DNA of 64,000 bases from Lytechinus pictus (lineage: Eukaryota). Each line of letters begins with the position of its first letter. Position 1 is the first letter of the stretch. Of this stretch, positions 48,726-62,199 are shown piece after piece. The notes beneath the pieces are model-generated. The model searched no databases, had not been told where the DNA came from, and saw only the letters and a list, made by a program, of their open reading frames with translations. Location of the stretch: NCBI RefSeq assembly GCF_037042905.1, contig NC_087263.1, positions 15,378,001-15,442,000 on the forward strand, read 5' to 3'. A program made the position numbers and the translations under genes.

Positions 48726-49125
48726 AGTAAACTATATTGGTCAATTCAACAATATGAAGATGACTTAATACTATGCACGCCTCTACAGTTTGAATGTTCA
48801 CAGCGTGTTCTGGAATTTACGACATTAAAAATGAGCGTTTGAACAGTGTGAAGATGATTTCACATTTCGTTCCACACTATCAGCACACTGAACAACTATG
48901 AAACACTGTGGTACAATGTAATAGGCCTTAAATTGTCATTACCCAAAACAGGACACGAAATCGTGGAAATTCCAGATTTTTGGTGTTGAATATATTCCTA
49001 ACATTCATTTTTGTGTGAGTGCATTCATGCTTGCATTGTGTACATCCCTTATCATTTGGTGATTCAGAAATCTGACAGCACCAATTAATTCTTTAATTGT
49101 GTAGTATAATCAAAATATTTCCCAA

Positions 49126-49279
49126 TAGACCTTACGCAGTGACGTCATCGGGCAGCCATCTTAGAGGCTGAAGCCATTGCCTTGCATGCATTGAGGATCT
49201 GTAGCTGGTGCATCTCTGACAACGCCTTTATGCGCGTTTTCCTATATCCTCTGAGAGAGGGTGCTACAAGATTATGGCG
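49126..49279. mobile_element. Short MITE
   Basis: ATAGACCTT / AAGGTCTAT ends. Confidence 0.45.
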
Positions 49280-50949
49280 TCATTATGCAAAAGGTCTATC
49301 AATTGAGATAATACTTCAATAACGATATCCCAAGACTGGAACTAAACTTGATCTTTAGGCGAAAGTCGATAAGTGCTTCATATCACACGATGTCAATCCA
49401 GGGGCGGCGCAAGTGTATTTTGAAGGGTGTTGGGGGCGCCGGGGACGACTTTTTCGGGACTAGTCTGTTGGCACAGACCTTTAGTTTCCGCAGAGTGCAT
49501 AATATAGAGTCTGAAGTAGTGAGACTAGATTTACTCATGTACCGTTGTGTTTCCACCAATGTCATTAGTTTGGAGTCTATAGTCTCTGCCCAAGATATTT
49601 TTTAAAGTTTCAAATTGTAATCTGTGGTTGAAGACTAATACTGAATGAGGTGTATTATGCTGGTGTGTTTCGGTATGGGGCTCTTAAACAAAATTAGTTG
49701 TATACGCCCTATTTGCATGTTAATTTGTCGTGATAAGCAATCAGATATGTCTATATAAATTACGTGAAATGCATAAACCTTTCTTGTAAATTGATGTCCC
49801 ATATTGTATTGTTTACCAATGTCATTTGCAATAATAATAACAATAAATTGTCATGCCTGTTGCTCCAAAGGACATTCGTTTGTTAATGAGTATGTTCTTC
49901 CTATTTGAGAGAGAGAGAGAAAAAAAACATGCGAGTTATAGGCCAAGCTCATCCCAACAACAAGTTCAGTTGAATTAAACAAATAACACTGACAATTTCC
50001 TTCAAAATCGGATGCAAAACGGAAACTAGCATTTTAATATTTCGCTTACCATGCTTACACGCTTTACAAATTGTTCGTCCTACATTTTCCTTCTCCAACA
50101 TGCCCAATCTTTTGCGCCCCTATGGAATCGACCCCTGTCTCCCTTGGCCCCTATAATACGCTTCCGTGGGTCCATATAATTTCTTCAAAGATAATCTGTC
50201 TTGGTCAAAGTATTTTCCTAAAAATCCAAAGCTTCATTCAAGAGTTCATATTCATTGCTTCAGAAGTCGAATATATATTTGTATCGTATATTTTACAGCG
50301 CGAAATTATCTCAAAGAATATTACATGCATGCTAAAATAAAAGGCTGAGTTAGAAGAAAATTGCTCCTTTTGCGAACAGACGGGAAACAAGAAGAAAGGA
50401 GACAGTGAGAATGGTGAGATGATAGACTAATAGAAATAGGACGAAAGTGTGAATCAAAAATAATAAAGAAGGGGGAAAGGTGAGGGGTGGTAAGAGAGAG
50501 GGAAGAGGGAAGTGAAGAGGGGGGGGGGGAATGAGGGAGAGATACGGGGTGGGAGAGGTATTGAGGGGAGAGAGAGAGAGTGATGGGGAGTGTGAGGGAT
50601 AGAAGAGGGAGAGAAAAGGGAAAGAGGGGGGGGGGGGGGTTAGAGGCTAGAGGTGTACAATAGATTTCTCTAAATTAGAGAAGTCTAAACTTTTTGCAAA
50701 TCATGATCGGGAAGGGGGGGGGGGGTAATATATGGTAATTTACTTTTATTTGTGTTAAAAGTAGCTTTTGATGAATCCTAAAGAAAAAACACGCCCATTA
50801 AAAGAGGTTGTCCATTTCTGCTCATTATTTTAGCGAGTCTCTACAAGACGCAGGGGGCGCTCGTCAGAAACGACTCCGCAGCCATTTGATTTTTTTTTCA
50901 ACTTGTTTTGCAAAATCTGCTTCAGCCTACTCCTTCCAAACTGCCCCCC

Positions 50950-51088
50950 TCTCTCCCTCTTTGCCCCCCCCCCCACTTTTTCTTATTTCATATCTCTCAT
51001 CACCCTTTTTCCTCTCCCCAGTTTTAGTTCACACTCTCCACTCTTCTCTCACCCTCCCTCCGTTCCATCTCCCCCCTCCTCTTTCTCC

Positions 51089-51121
<33 letters not shown>

Positions 51122-51332
51122 TTTCATTGTTTCTTTCTTTCTTCCCTTACTTCCTTCTTTGTTTCCTTCCTTCCTCCCTCCCTCACTCCATTCTTCTTAC
51201 TTTCTTTCTTTCCTTCCTTCCTCCCTCCCTTACTCCTTTTTTCTTACTTTCTTTCTTTCTTTCTTTCCTTCCTTCTATCCTTCCTTCCTCCCTCCCACAC
51301 TCCTTTCTTCTTATTTTATTTATTTCTTTCCT

Positions 51333-51414
<82 letters not shown>

Positions 51415-51500
51415 TTTCTTTCTTTCTTTCCTTCTTTCCTTCTTTCTTTTTTACTTTCATTCATTCTTTCCTTCTTTTCTTTCTTTCTTTCTTTCTTCTA
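50950..51500. repeat. CT-rich / (TTTC)n simple repeat
   Basis: Directly visible; preceded by a GA-rich tract at 50380-50650. Confidence 0.92.
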
Positions 51501-51952
51501 ACAATAACATCAACATGTTGTATTTCTTTTACACATATGTGATGACTAATACGAAATTTATTAAATATGCATGTTTACATTTTTTGATATAATTATGTAA
51601 TAATATGTATCTATTTACATAACAACATAATTTATACATGTTTAAATTACTTTATAAATATCCTACAAAAAGCCACCTCCTACTCCAAATTCTCATAATG
51701 TATACAACACTCAAAATGCATAAATTTCCCTTTTTTTTACAAAAAAGTATCAAGCTTTGTAAAACATGACAGAAGGCAGGGGTGACGGTAGATTAGTCTG
51801 CAGGCACAGACCCTGATTGAAACTTTGATCAATAAGTGTGTCTCCGCGCAAAGACTAGCACATACAAAACTTGCTGTTTCAATTCAGCGAGAGGGCCTTC
51901 AGCTAGTACACAAGGCATGAGTAGGCTGCAATTCAGACCCGGTAGATGGAAG

Positions 51953-52497
51953 TTAAAGGAGTACTCCTGACTGAAAATGAAAATGATTAAAATCAGGCAA
52001 ACTAAATACTGAAATTTTCATCAAAATCGGACAGGGAATAAGAAAGTTATGATATTTCAAATCTTTGCATTATTTCGGTAGTTATTTTACGCATGTCTTC
52101 ATGAATATGCGATATCCCCTCTCATCATCTTACGATATGGAATAATACATTCGTTAAAATTTGGTCCACACCAATAATTGGATTGACAACTGATTTAATG
52201 CATGAGATATCATGACTGACATTTATCCTGCAACAATGGAGATATCATGCGCACGGCTGTGTACTGATATATATGAAAATATAAGATTGTTATGATTTCC
52301 TGTAATAACATGAATTATGACATACATCAGCCATGTCAGCCCATGACGGCGAGCATATAACTGTTTTTACAAAATATTACTCAACTTAAAAATTTGTAAT
52401 TTTGTTATGAGATATTGATGACATTTTCAGCATTCAGCGCGGTGAATTTTACTCTCTTTATTTCGATATTATTTTCAGCCCGGAGTACCGCTCTGAA
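51953..52497. mobile_element. Kolobok-like non-autonomous element (degenerate)
   Basis: TTAA|AGGAGTACTCC.G.CTGAAAAT mirrored by ATTTTCAGCCCGGAGTACCGCT. Confidence 0.5.
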
Positions 52498-52640
52498 TCT
52501 CAATAGATTGAGTTGTTGATGAGCTTAGTTCACTTCTTCTTATTTTGTTTAAACTATTCGTTTAAACTATTTTCTCATTATATACATACAGATGTCATCC
52601 ATACATGTATCAATAATAAGCCACAACATATTGTTAACTT

Positions 52641-52904
52641 CACTGTAAAAAAATATTGGCTAAAATGTTTACCACCACGAGGGTAAGTATGTGTCCAACC
52701 AATTTTGGGCAGTATTTTTATAATTACCCAATACGGGAAGCATATTGTTTAGTAATGTTAACAATTAAGCAGCAATTACTTTAGAATGGGCAATATTGTC
52801 ACCACACTGGATAAATATAAATGCCCAAAAGAAATGCCCAATGTTGGTTGGACACATAACTACCCTCATGGAGCACTTTTACCCAACATTTCTTTATAGA
52901 GTGT
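52641..52904. mobile_element. CACTGTAAAAA-ended MITE
   Basis: CACTGTAAAAAAAT / TTCTTTATAGAGTG ends; inner GTGTCCAACCAA / TTGGTTGGACAC inverted pair. Confidence 0.55.
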
Positions 52905-53014
52905 ACACGTTTTATTTAATTCTTGCAGCGATTTTCGAAAATAAATATTTGTAAGAAAAATACAAATACAAAGTATGTTATGACATAATCAACATATAAA
53001 TATCTTAAAGAATA

Positions 53015-53144
53015 CAGTGCGTCTCTCTATATATCTATATATACCTATATATATCCTTATATATATAGGTATTTTCCCCCAAAGTGACATATTTTTTGTT
53101 TGGCAGCCATTTCAAAAGTGTATAGTTTTTATTTAGACGCACTG
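53015..53144. mobile_element. Tc1-type MITE remnant
   Basis: TA|CAGTGCGTCT...AGACGCACTG|TA. Confidence 0.6.
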
Positions 53145-55353
53145 TAGACCAGTTCGTAGTTTGACCTTTCCTTTCTTACATTATATAGAAAGGCAAATTT
53201 CAAAGCAAGATATTATGCAAGCATGTCTGACTTAGCAGGATGTAGAAATTCTATAGACCGGGTGACTAGAATAGCACATCAATGGACACTTTATGAAGGT
53301 ATTTGTTTCATTTCTCCTTTGAATTTGGATGTTGTTTGAAGGTTTGCATGGTGGTATGTACAATCGCTGATGTGGTTTACGGTACACCATGTGAAGTGTT
53401 GTAGAAACAGTGGATAGGAGAAGAGAAGAAATGGATAGGCGAGAAAGTGGAGATTTGAGAGTAGAGTATTCTTTCTTGAAAGTAGTCCTGAAAAGGACTG
53501 TAAACCCGGAAAGATTGATGAGTTGAGAACAGCTTGAGTAGTAGAGCTAGTGAGGAGATGCTGGCTTGAGTCGGCGAGTAGAGATGATGAGTAGTAGAGA
53601 GACTCCTTTGAATTTATTAACATGTTGCTCTTAGTCTATACTTCGGCCAAGTTCAAATTTGCGAATGACCTTCTTCTGATCATGCGCAGAACGGAACTGC
53701 GAACTGGCCTATGCACGCACGCCATGGCTGGGATTCGAACCATCGGGCCTCTGAACGAGAGATAATCTGAGTACGACCACCAGACCATGGCGCATACAAA
53801 AGCATTTTCCTCGTACCGGACCAACAGATGAATTCGAGTTCAGAACAATGTAACTCTTCTGGCGACAGTAACATTCAAAGAACAAAAGCGCTTCCCATGC
53901 AACGAGCCACATGAGTCGCATTATCAGCGCGTACATTGAGATGATTCCATTGGATATGCATGTAGTAGTGATGACCTCCTGTGTGATCTGCAACTCGACG
54001 CTGCTGTGGTCAAGGTTAGTGTTATTGATTTATCCCATACTTTTGTAATAATTTTGCTGAATGGTTTATATCTTAATATTTTTTTTTGTATCTTTACCGT
54101 TTCCCCATTGACTCAATCCTGGTCGAAAGCGAACTGATGCCGGCCCCGGAGGCGGCTCGACGTGCATGTATTATGTAAACCCCCATTTAAAAATAACGCG
54201 TAATGACGCCGCGCCGGCCCGCCCGGACTGAGACCACCTCTGGATGTGGTGTAAAGCCGCACGCCGCGGCGTCACGTTGATTCAGTCCCGCAATTGGTAT
54301 TTGAAGCAACTCCAAGTGGGCTCAGGCCGGCTTGGCAACTGAACTAGAAATTTCGTATATACTTGACGTGATAGCGAACAATAGTCATAGCTAACGGAAA
54401 AAACCCGCGAAATGTTTACTTGAAAAGTCGGGTGACTCGTGTCACGTAAATCGACGGCGCGAAGCCGGTTATGTGTAGACACACAAATGCAGGCCTCGTA
54501 CCATTTGTACCGGTGTATCATCTCAAGACGGCTTCAAATTGTAGACGTGAAGGCAGCTACAAAGCCGGCACCGGAGCCGGCTTCAAACCCGAAGCATGTG
54601 TACCAGGAGTTTTATTTATTTATCTATTTCTTTATCTGATTAATTAATTTATTTATTTCTTTGTTTATTTATCTATTTATTAATTTATTTATTTATTCAT
54701 TCATTCGTTTATTTTATTCTTTCATTCATTTTTATTTATTTAATTTATTTTGTTTGGGGGGCAAGAAGACTTAACTATGACTTCAATATAAACTTAAATG
54801 ATTTATACCTCTCATTTCTTTACTGTTCTTCCTAGTTTATCCACCCCCATGTTCTCTCTCTCTTTTCCTCCTCCTCTTTTTCACTAATTAAAAAATTCAT
54901 AAGGGCGCGACGTTTCCCCCGCTGGTAGGCTTTAGGTTTGATCTTACATCATATTCTTCAAAGAAATGAGTATTGTTTTAAAGAGGGAGTGAACTGTATG
55001 TGGTCTCTCATTGACTGTGTGCTATAAATACAGTCTTAACAAATTTACTTTCCAGATAACTACTAATTCTACAGACAATTAATTGACCTGTAACTGTACT
55101 TGTATAGAGAAACTCAAATGTTTTTAGAGGAAAATAATTGTTTTGCTACTTGGTAACATAATTATTGCGGTATAAATCAAGTGGGACTATATCACTAGAC
55201 TACACTTGCATTATGGGTCTGGAAACTGGCCAGGTATGAGTATGAGTATGAGTATGAGTAGTTGAGGACTGGAGATGGCGCTATTGGTTCGTATATGCTT
55301 TTAAGGTGACAGTATTCTAAAGACGTCAGTTACACAGTTGGGGTACTCAATAG

Positions 55354-55355
<2 letters not shown>

Positions 55356-55385
<30 letters not shown>

Positions 55386-55545
55386 TGAGTTTTGTCAGAC
55401 GTGTATCAATCAGATATGATTATTTACGTCTGGGACCGACCTTTAACGTCACCATCCGAAAGACGTGACCGGGGCTCGAACCTCTGCATCAATTTTTAAC
55501 TTCCCCACATAGCTTGGATTGCAGGCGCACGCCACAACGCCCAGA
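55356..55545 (-). mobile_element. Candidate 7SL-RNA-headed SINE with (CA)n tail
   Basis: Minus strand CTGGGCGTTGTGGCGTGCGCCTGCAATCCAAGCTATGTGGGGA (7SL Alu-domain-like), GGTTCGAGCCC B box, TTCGGATGGTGACGTTAAAGGTCGGTCCC body, (CA)n tail. Confidence 0.7.
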
Positions 55546-56168
55546 CTACTGTACTCTAAACTAGTCTTGTCACGAATATATGATAAAAATAAAGGCGCTA
55601 AACCGAGTTGAGGTTTGGTATTTATCATGATGGATCGTCAATTAATATTTGTAGGGAAATTATTCTTTGTTCCTTATCAACATAGCTAATTTGTTGGTGG
55701 ATAATGAAACGCAAAGTTGACAAAATAATATTCTATCCTATAGTATTCTGTATATCTGGTGAAGTAATTCCGTACCAACCCGGCAGTCCAACTTTCCGCC
55801 ACATAGCGCAAGCTGGTATATAAAATCACATATATAGGAAATAATGTTCGCAGCTTCCACCTCTCTGCAGCAATTTTCCTCCGACAGGTTGTCAGCTAGA
55901 TCTTACAACTTTCCTAAATTTTCACTGACTGGGAAGCAACGTTTCCATGTAACTGTCGGATGAAGCACTGTTTGTCGGACAAAGCGTCCAAAAAGTCCTT
56001 CATGAAAACGCTGCCCCTGTCCGCCTACAGGAATGGTATAGTCGGGTCGTCGGCATTGTCTGTCGAAAGAACTTTATGTCCAAAGTTCCCTCCCACCTGG
56101 CCGGACACCACTGGCTCCAAATCCTGAACCAGTTCTGCAGTTCTGTTCCAAAAAAATAACAATTACAA

Positions 56169-56378
56169 TCACAAATCGGCTTTCAGGATCATGTCCTTGC
56201 TGATAAACGACTCTTTCTTCACAAATTTGTCCAATTTTTCGCCTGTGAACGAGAGAAGGTGGTATTTCTTTGTCTCGGTCAGGTCCTCGATGCCGAGGTG
56301 CCTGTACAGTTGTCGAACCTCCGTATTCCATTCCACCACGCAAGCTTGGATGCAATTGCAGCCTCGGTCGACCGCCAT
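56169..56378 (-). CDS. SAT: SAT-like last coding exon
   Basis: cgtag| acceptor, phase 0, stop at 56169-56171. Confidence 0.9.
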   Translation of the reverse strand: MAVDRGCNCIQACVVEWNTEVRQLYRHLGIEDLTETKKYHLLSFTGEKLDKFVKKESFISKDMILKADL

Positions 56379-59300
56379 CTACGATAAGAAAATGAAAGGG
56401 TAAAAGCCAGTTAATCAAACATATTCAATCTGTCGGTTTCGGAGACTGAACAGCAACGAAAATTAGACAGATTAGGCGGGGGTTCAGTAAACTCAGATTT
56501 ACTTTGCAACCTAACGAAAATGATAAGGCATTTTACAGCTGCATAAATCACATAGGATAAGAATTTACAGGAAACCTTGTTTAAAATCACCCCATGATAA
56601 TAAATGTCCTCTTCTATAGAAAAGAAAGATTATCTTAGCTGTCTGGTTAAAAGGGGAGGGGGGACTTGCGTTCATTTGGCTCCCTAAAAAATTGTGAAAT
56701 AATGATATCAATTTCTGAATATCATGTCAAAATCCATCATGAAATTAGGTTTCATTTTAAAAGTGCCAAAATTTTAGTTCGCCCGCTTCACTCGCTCGGA
56801 ATTTCATCTAATTGTGCCCCATTCGCCAGGTTCCCCTTCAAATTTTACATTCATTAGATGATTTCCTCTAAAATATTCCCGAATGTTATTTAACAATGTA
56901 ATTGAAATCTGAGAGAGTGAACTTAAAGTCAGTGCCCCAGGTCCTTCATTATACAAAATTCTTTGGCTCTCAGTGAAAAAAAACTAAAGCAACGGTCGAA
57001 TGTCGGTCATGACCGGTCATGACGGTCAATTGCGCTTTCGCCGTTCTGGACCGTAGTGCATCCGTGCTGCAAGCGTTGTAGACCGTATACTGTATCCGCT
57101 GCAGTAGACCGAACATCTATGATGTTTGTTTATTGTATATCATTACCAATTTCCAAGTGTAAGCGCTTTTTAAAATTGATTTGTATTGATTTCGTATGTT
57201 TTTCTCATTTGCACTATGGAATAAAAATTTGATATAGATATGAATAAATTAATAAATTCAATTCAATTCAAATTCAAAAGGAATCGTTCTCATGAGCTCT
57301 GCCCGAACGGTAAATGGCGATTACCCAATCGTTGCTTTGTAGCATGGAATACCCTTATCAAAATATGAACAGAGAGGGAGAGGGGCCAACTTACTTTGAT
57401 AACTTTGTGCATGAGAGCAACGCCCAGTCCCATACCTGCAGATAAAACGAAATATATATGACTTAATGTTAAAAATATCACTAATGAATTATAAAAAAAA
57501 GTTGCATACATTTCATTTTGCCTCATATTCAGGCGAATCTTGCATGCACATTCATTTATACGGGTCGATTTCGTTGTAAATAGGGGGGGGGGTCTTGCCC
57601 CCCCCCCTGTATTCAGACCATTATGAAGAAGCAATAGGCAGTTTACGCCCCCAAGATGACGTCATATTCAAGAACATAGGAATGTTTTGTCAAATGCCCT
57701 TTATGACAACGAATAGTCAAGAAGTCTTTGTCGATTGTCGAAATTTGGTGAATCAAACGGGAGAGTGAGGAAAAACATCTTCTTTGCGAAGACCTCTCGC
57801 CCTGCCCTGGGGAAGATTACTCTTTAATACTGGGGCCGATGTCCAGTGAGGATCCATTATAGTAAGGACGGCCATTCATAATTTTGGAAAAAGGTAATAA
57901 AATATATTCATAATGACCCATTATCATGATTATCGTAATAATAGTTATTCATAATTTCAAAAAAAGGATAATATAATATTCGTAAGTAGTAATTCATCAC
58001 TTTATCCTGTTTATTTTGCATTCAAATCGCTTCCAAACAAAAGGAATAAAGACAAACATATAAGAAAGGACACCCAGGATTATATGAGAAAAGAGAACAA
58101 GCAGGGCATACATAAATAACATAACAAAATTGTATTATACAGTGAAATATATTACTATAATTACGTCGAATTTAAAATATTTAAACAAATATGAAATTGT
58201 AACAAAGAGCTACTTTAGGAGAAGTCAACAAATTCATGCATTTGAAAAAAGGGAGAATAAGCACCCATTAAAGGACAGCTATTCATAATTTTAGAAAAGG
58301 GTAGTGATAATATTCGTGAGTACTGGTATTCATTATGAAGCCATCCAATCGTTATGTAGAAGTCAGATCGATATTATTCAGAATATAAAAAGGGTTATTA
58401 TTCATAATTTTACTAAAGTATTTTCCAATATCATGCATTATACATGTAAATGTAGGTACCAAAGCACAATATGATGAAGTGCTCACGTTATTAAAACAGT
58501 CCTTATTAATCTCATTATTGTTAGCTTGTGACATTGGTGTACAGATGGGGGCTCTGCCCCCCCCCCCCCCAAAAAAAAAAGAATAGACGACAAAAAAGAG
58601 GAGGTAAAAACAGGAAAAAATGGATGGAATATGAAATCATTTGTTGAAAATCATGTCAAACTCCATTAGAGAATCAGATTTCAAAAAGGCCATCATTTTT
58701 GCTCGCTCGATTCGCTCCCGCGCGGCTTTTTATAAATTTCGCCCCATCCGCCCGAGTTGGACCCGAACCCATGCTCTTGGGAGCAGACGCTTTACCGACT
58801 GAGCTTGTGCGGCCAGTGATATATTATGAATAGCGGTCCTTATGAAAAGGGGATCATGGTGATTTTACCCCTCCCCCAATCCCCGCCTCTGAGGGGTAAC
58901 CTTCTTGGGGACACGACATTTGCTCCGTCCTTAATATCTCAGAAGGCATAGGGTTAGAGTTAGGATTGTAATATAGTTTATATTTCAGAATAATGTCAAA
59001 TAAGGATTAGGGTTTATTTAGTTTCGGAGGTGAGGTCTTATGTTAGACCATGGACCTAGTAGGTCCATGGTTAGACTAACCGTGCAGAGTTTCCACCCTG
59101 TAGCATTTGATTTGATTTATTAATTTTTTGTTTTCTTCTGCATTCATAACATTCGTATACAATACAACTTTCATTTCATAACAAACATAATATGTTAGTA
59201 ATTGATTTTGGTATGAATCATAAAGAAAAAAATACAAAATAAAAATTCATTCTAAACAAATATGATCTACTACCAACAAAAACTTATAACATTTACAGTT

Positions 59301-59694
59301 TGCAGGAGAAGGATTGTCATTATGAGCAGATTGCTTTAAAAAAATGACAACCCCGGAATAAAACTCATTAAATTAATAAATACATTTTAAAAGCAGAATG
59401 GAAATGTTAGTTTGTTCATAATTTTATAATGATGAAGATGGAGATGATAAGAATGAGGATGATGGTGATGAAGGTGAAATTGTCGCCGGAGCAACTGTCA
59501 TGGAACCATTTTCTCACCTCGGTACTCCCTCTCGACGAAGAGATCCTCGAAGTACAACATCCTTCCATTCCAGGAGCAGAAGCCGTAGAAATAAAGGGCG
59601 TATCCTACCAACACCGACACCCCATCGTCGCAGAGCTTCTCCAGTACTGCGCACTGGAAGACCGGGTCGGGGCCAAATCCATCTCGGCGAAGAT
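56169..59694 (-). CDS. SAT: Diamine/polyamine N-acetyltransferase (SAT1/SAT2-like GNAT), 5'-partial; complement(join(56169..56378,57395..57435,59518..59694))
   Basis: Translation DLRRDGFGPDPVFQCAVLE...VGYALYFYGFCSWNGRMLYFEDLFVEREYRG-MGLGVALMHKVIK-MAVDRGCNCIQACVVEWNTEVRQLYRHLGIEDLT... matches SSAT-family motifs (DGFG, LYxEDxFV, RGxGxG acetyl-CoA loop, WN); splice sites canonical. Confidence 0.9.
57395..57435 (-). CDS. SAT: SAT-like 41-nt exon (GMGLGVALMHKVIK)
   Basis: ctgcag| acceptor, AAA|GTAAGT donor. Confidence 0.88.
59518..59694 (-). CDS. SAT: SAT-like internal exon (DLRRDGFG...EDLFVEREYRG)
   Basis: tttag| acceptor, G|GTGAGA donor, 177 nt, phase 1-1. Confidence 0.9.
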
Positions 59695-59777
59695 CTAAAC
59701 AAATAAAGAGATAAAAATATGTAAGCCATTGATTGCTTTAATAGCTAGCCGAAGATCTTGAAAAATCAATACGTTCC

Positions 59778-59887
59778 TCCATCCATCCATATTTTATTGT
59801 TCGAAATAGACACGAAATGAATTACTCCGAAAATTTGCGTTGCCCAGATTGATCGTGGGCCCGGCAGCCGCTGTGCAGCGCCAGATA
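59778..59887 (-). mobile_element. 5'-truncated copy of the SINE at 4688-4936
   Basis: Reverse complement of 4830-4936 including the (GGAT)n tail. Confidence 0.8.
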
Positions 59888-62199
59888 ATATATAAATGAA
59901 AATAACAAGAGATTGTTTATAGTAATGTTATAGCCGAAGGGCTACAAAGATCCTGTAGATAAAATGAAAAAGTATAGATTAAATGAGATCGCTTATTAAA
60001 GTTAATAGCCTTCAAAAATCCTCAAAAAATTAATAGATAAAATTAAAACCATAGATTTCAAATGTCTATATGATATGACCCACATGGAATGATTTTGAGG
60101 GCTGAAGATCTATACAGTTTAAGAAATAAATGAAAAGTATTGATGACACAGAACTGGTTGATAGTCAACCCAAGGTCTACAAAAATCAGAAGAATTAAAT
60201 GAAAACTACTGATTACAGATAGCCGAAATCTAGACAAATGAATTGATAAATCAAAATTATATATTTTTAGGGTCGGTTAATAGCATGAGATCTGGATAAA
60301 TCATAAGAAAAGATGAAAACCATACATTAGAAAATTGCTGTTAATAGTTAACCTTGCTGTAATTATCCTTATTGTTGCTTTTGTGAGGAATATTTCTTCG
60401 TGGGTGTTATTGTAGCTTTAAGCTCTCATATGTCGATGTTTCACAATAAAAACGCTGAAATGAATACAAAATCAGGGCGGCATTTCATTTACTGTTAAAA
60501 GTTACGAACGATTTTACACACAACTGATATAATCTGAATCAATTCTTTTGACATTTCTTTAAAATGTATGACTTTTTCAATATTCAAACAAGCCCCAAAA
60601 TGAGGATTTTCTTGAAAATATGTCTTAAAATGCGATATCTATCATCGTGTACATAATTTAAATTTAGCTAATGCAAGTTAAGTTCTTTATATAGACAACC
60701 GTTTGACTACCTACATTCGAATTGATCGTAAGTCTGGGCGTAAATTTTATTATGAAACCACCCTCAGGACTTAACTGCCCCGCCAAGGCAACACTTACAA
60801 AAAGGGCCGGAATTGATAGCAACACCATTTACAGATGAATCATTAAAACCTTTCAGTTGTTAAAGGTTTCGGTAGGGGGTTTGATAGTGATGTCCTTGCC
60901 AAACCGTGTTCCCAATTTTTTTAAAAGATTTCTGCCCCATTATAGTAATGGCGACAGGGAATCCATAACAGTTTTACAAGAAAGGGGGAAAATACAGCAA
61001 AGGGGATATAAATATTAAAAGGGGACTAATTGAAGCATCGTGTCTGTAAGCCATCTGCTGAATTTTCCCCCTTTCGAACACTTTTGTCACGGATTGTGTC
61101 GAGGTGGATAATAATTATAAAAAAAAAAAAAAATCGCCATTCATGTCACTGGAGGTCATGAGAACGTTTCACCACTTTAAATAAGTCAGGGCGCACGAGC
61201 GTATAATACAGCTGTATGCAGATTGCAATAGCAGACCGAACAAGATCCGATTTTTTAAAAATAATTACAAGAATCATTTCGTTTTATTGTAAATATGGAA
61301 CATTTTGTAAAACGTACATCCCACGAGCATTAGACGGCTTAACTCTTGGCAGCAGCCAAAAAGTGGTTCTCGACAATATTTAGATATTGAGAATATAACG
61401 AATTGCGGCATTTCTCGTCCTTCGCATTCATGATTTGAAACCTTAAATGCGACATTACAAAATGCCACGCAGTCTAAACTAAATGTAAAGCATTGTGAGG
61501 TTTTCTGTTTTTTCTCAGTTGATTCAACTATAACCTTTTTTGAATGATAATATTTTACGGCACAAAAACATAGTTTTACACAAATATTAGTAAATCTCTA
61601 GTCTAAAATCTATTAACCTTTCTTTTCTGCGGGCATTATTTTATGAAGTTATTTAATTCACCTCGGAAATTTCATGAACCTTTGTGTGTGTGCGTTTTTT
61701 AATATGTTTAGGAATATAACATGGCACAAAACATATTTTGTGTAAATTTAACTTCTTAACTTCTTGTCAAAGTCTTTTCGACTTTCACAAAAAAAAATAT
61801 TTTCAGAAATTTGCAACGCCCATCTTGGAACAAATTGGACCGTAGGGGGGGGGGGGGGGTGTCTAACTGTCCTATGCGATCTAAAAATATACAGGTGTCT
61901 CTTGCCAAATATCGAAACGAATATGACACATGTAAATCACATCCGGCGTCGTCATACTTTCGTTTCCATGGGAACAGACAAGTGGAAGTTTTATAGGCCG
62001 TTATGTCTCCACCAAAATTCGGTGTCGAGTTCAAGTGTATCGGTTTCAACCCAATTGTGAGTGCTCGCTCCGCCACACGGAAATAATTCTAGAACGCAGT
62101 AAATTATTGAAAATGTCCATCAATAATATTGACAATGAACAGCTGGGAGGTCTTTGTCGAAAATTGGTGAACCGGAACAGCAGTTCGTCCTAAGTTTTG

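Noticed and set aside
47285..48842. Cys/His-rich ORFs resembling zinc fingers; regular repeats resembling CRISPR
   Set aside because: An 11-bp minisatellite with no unique spacers and no cas genes, in a eukaryotic context.
50808..51592. F/L/S-rich ORFs
   Set aside because: Translations of the (TTTC)n repeat.
53291..53623. 110-aa minus-strand ORF
   Set aside because: No recognisable motif or splice support; possibly a decayed retroelement.
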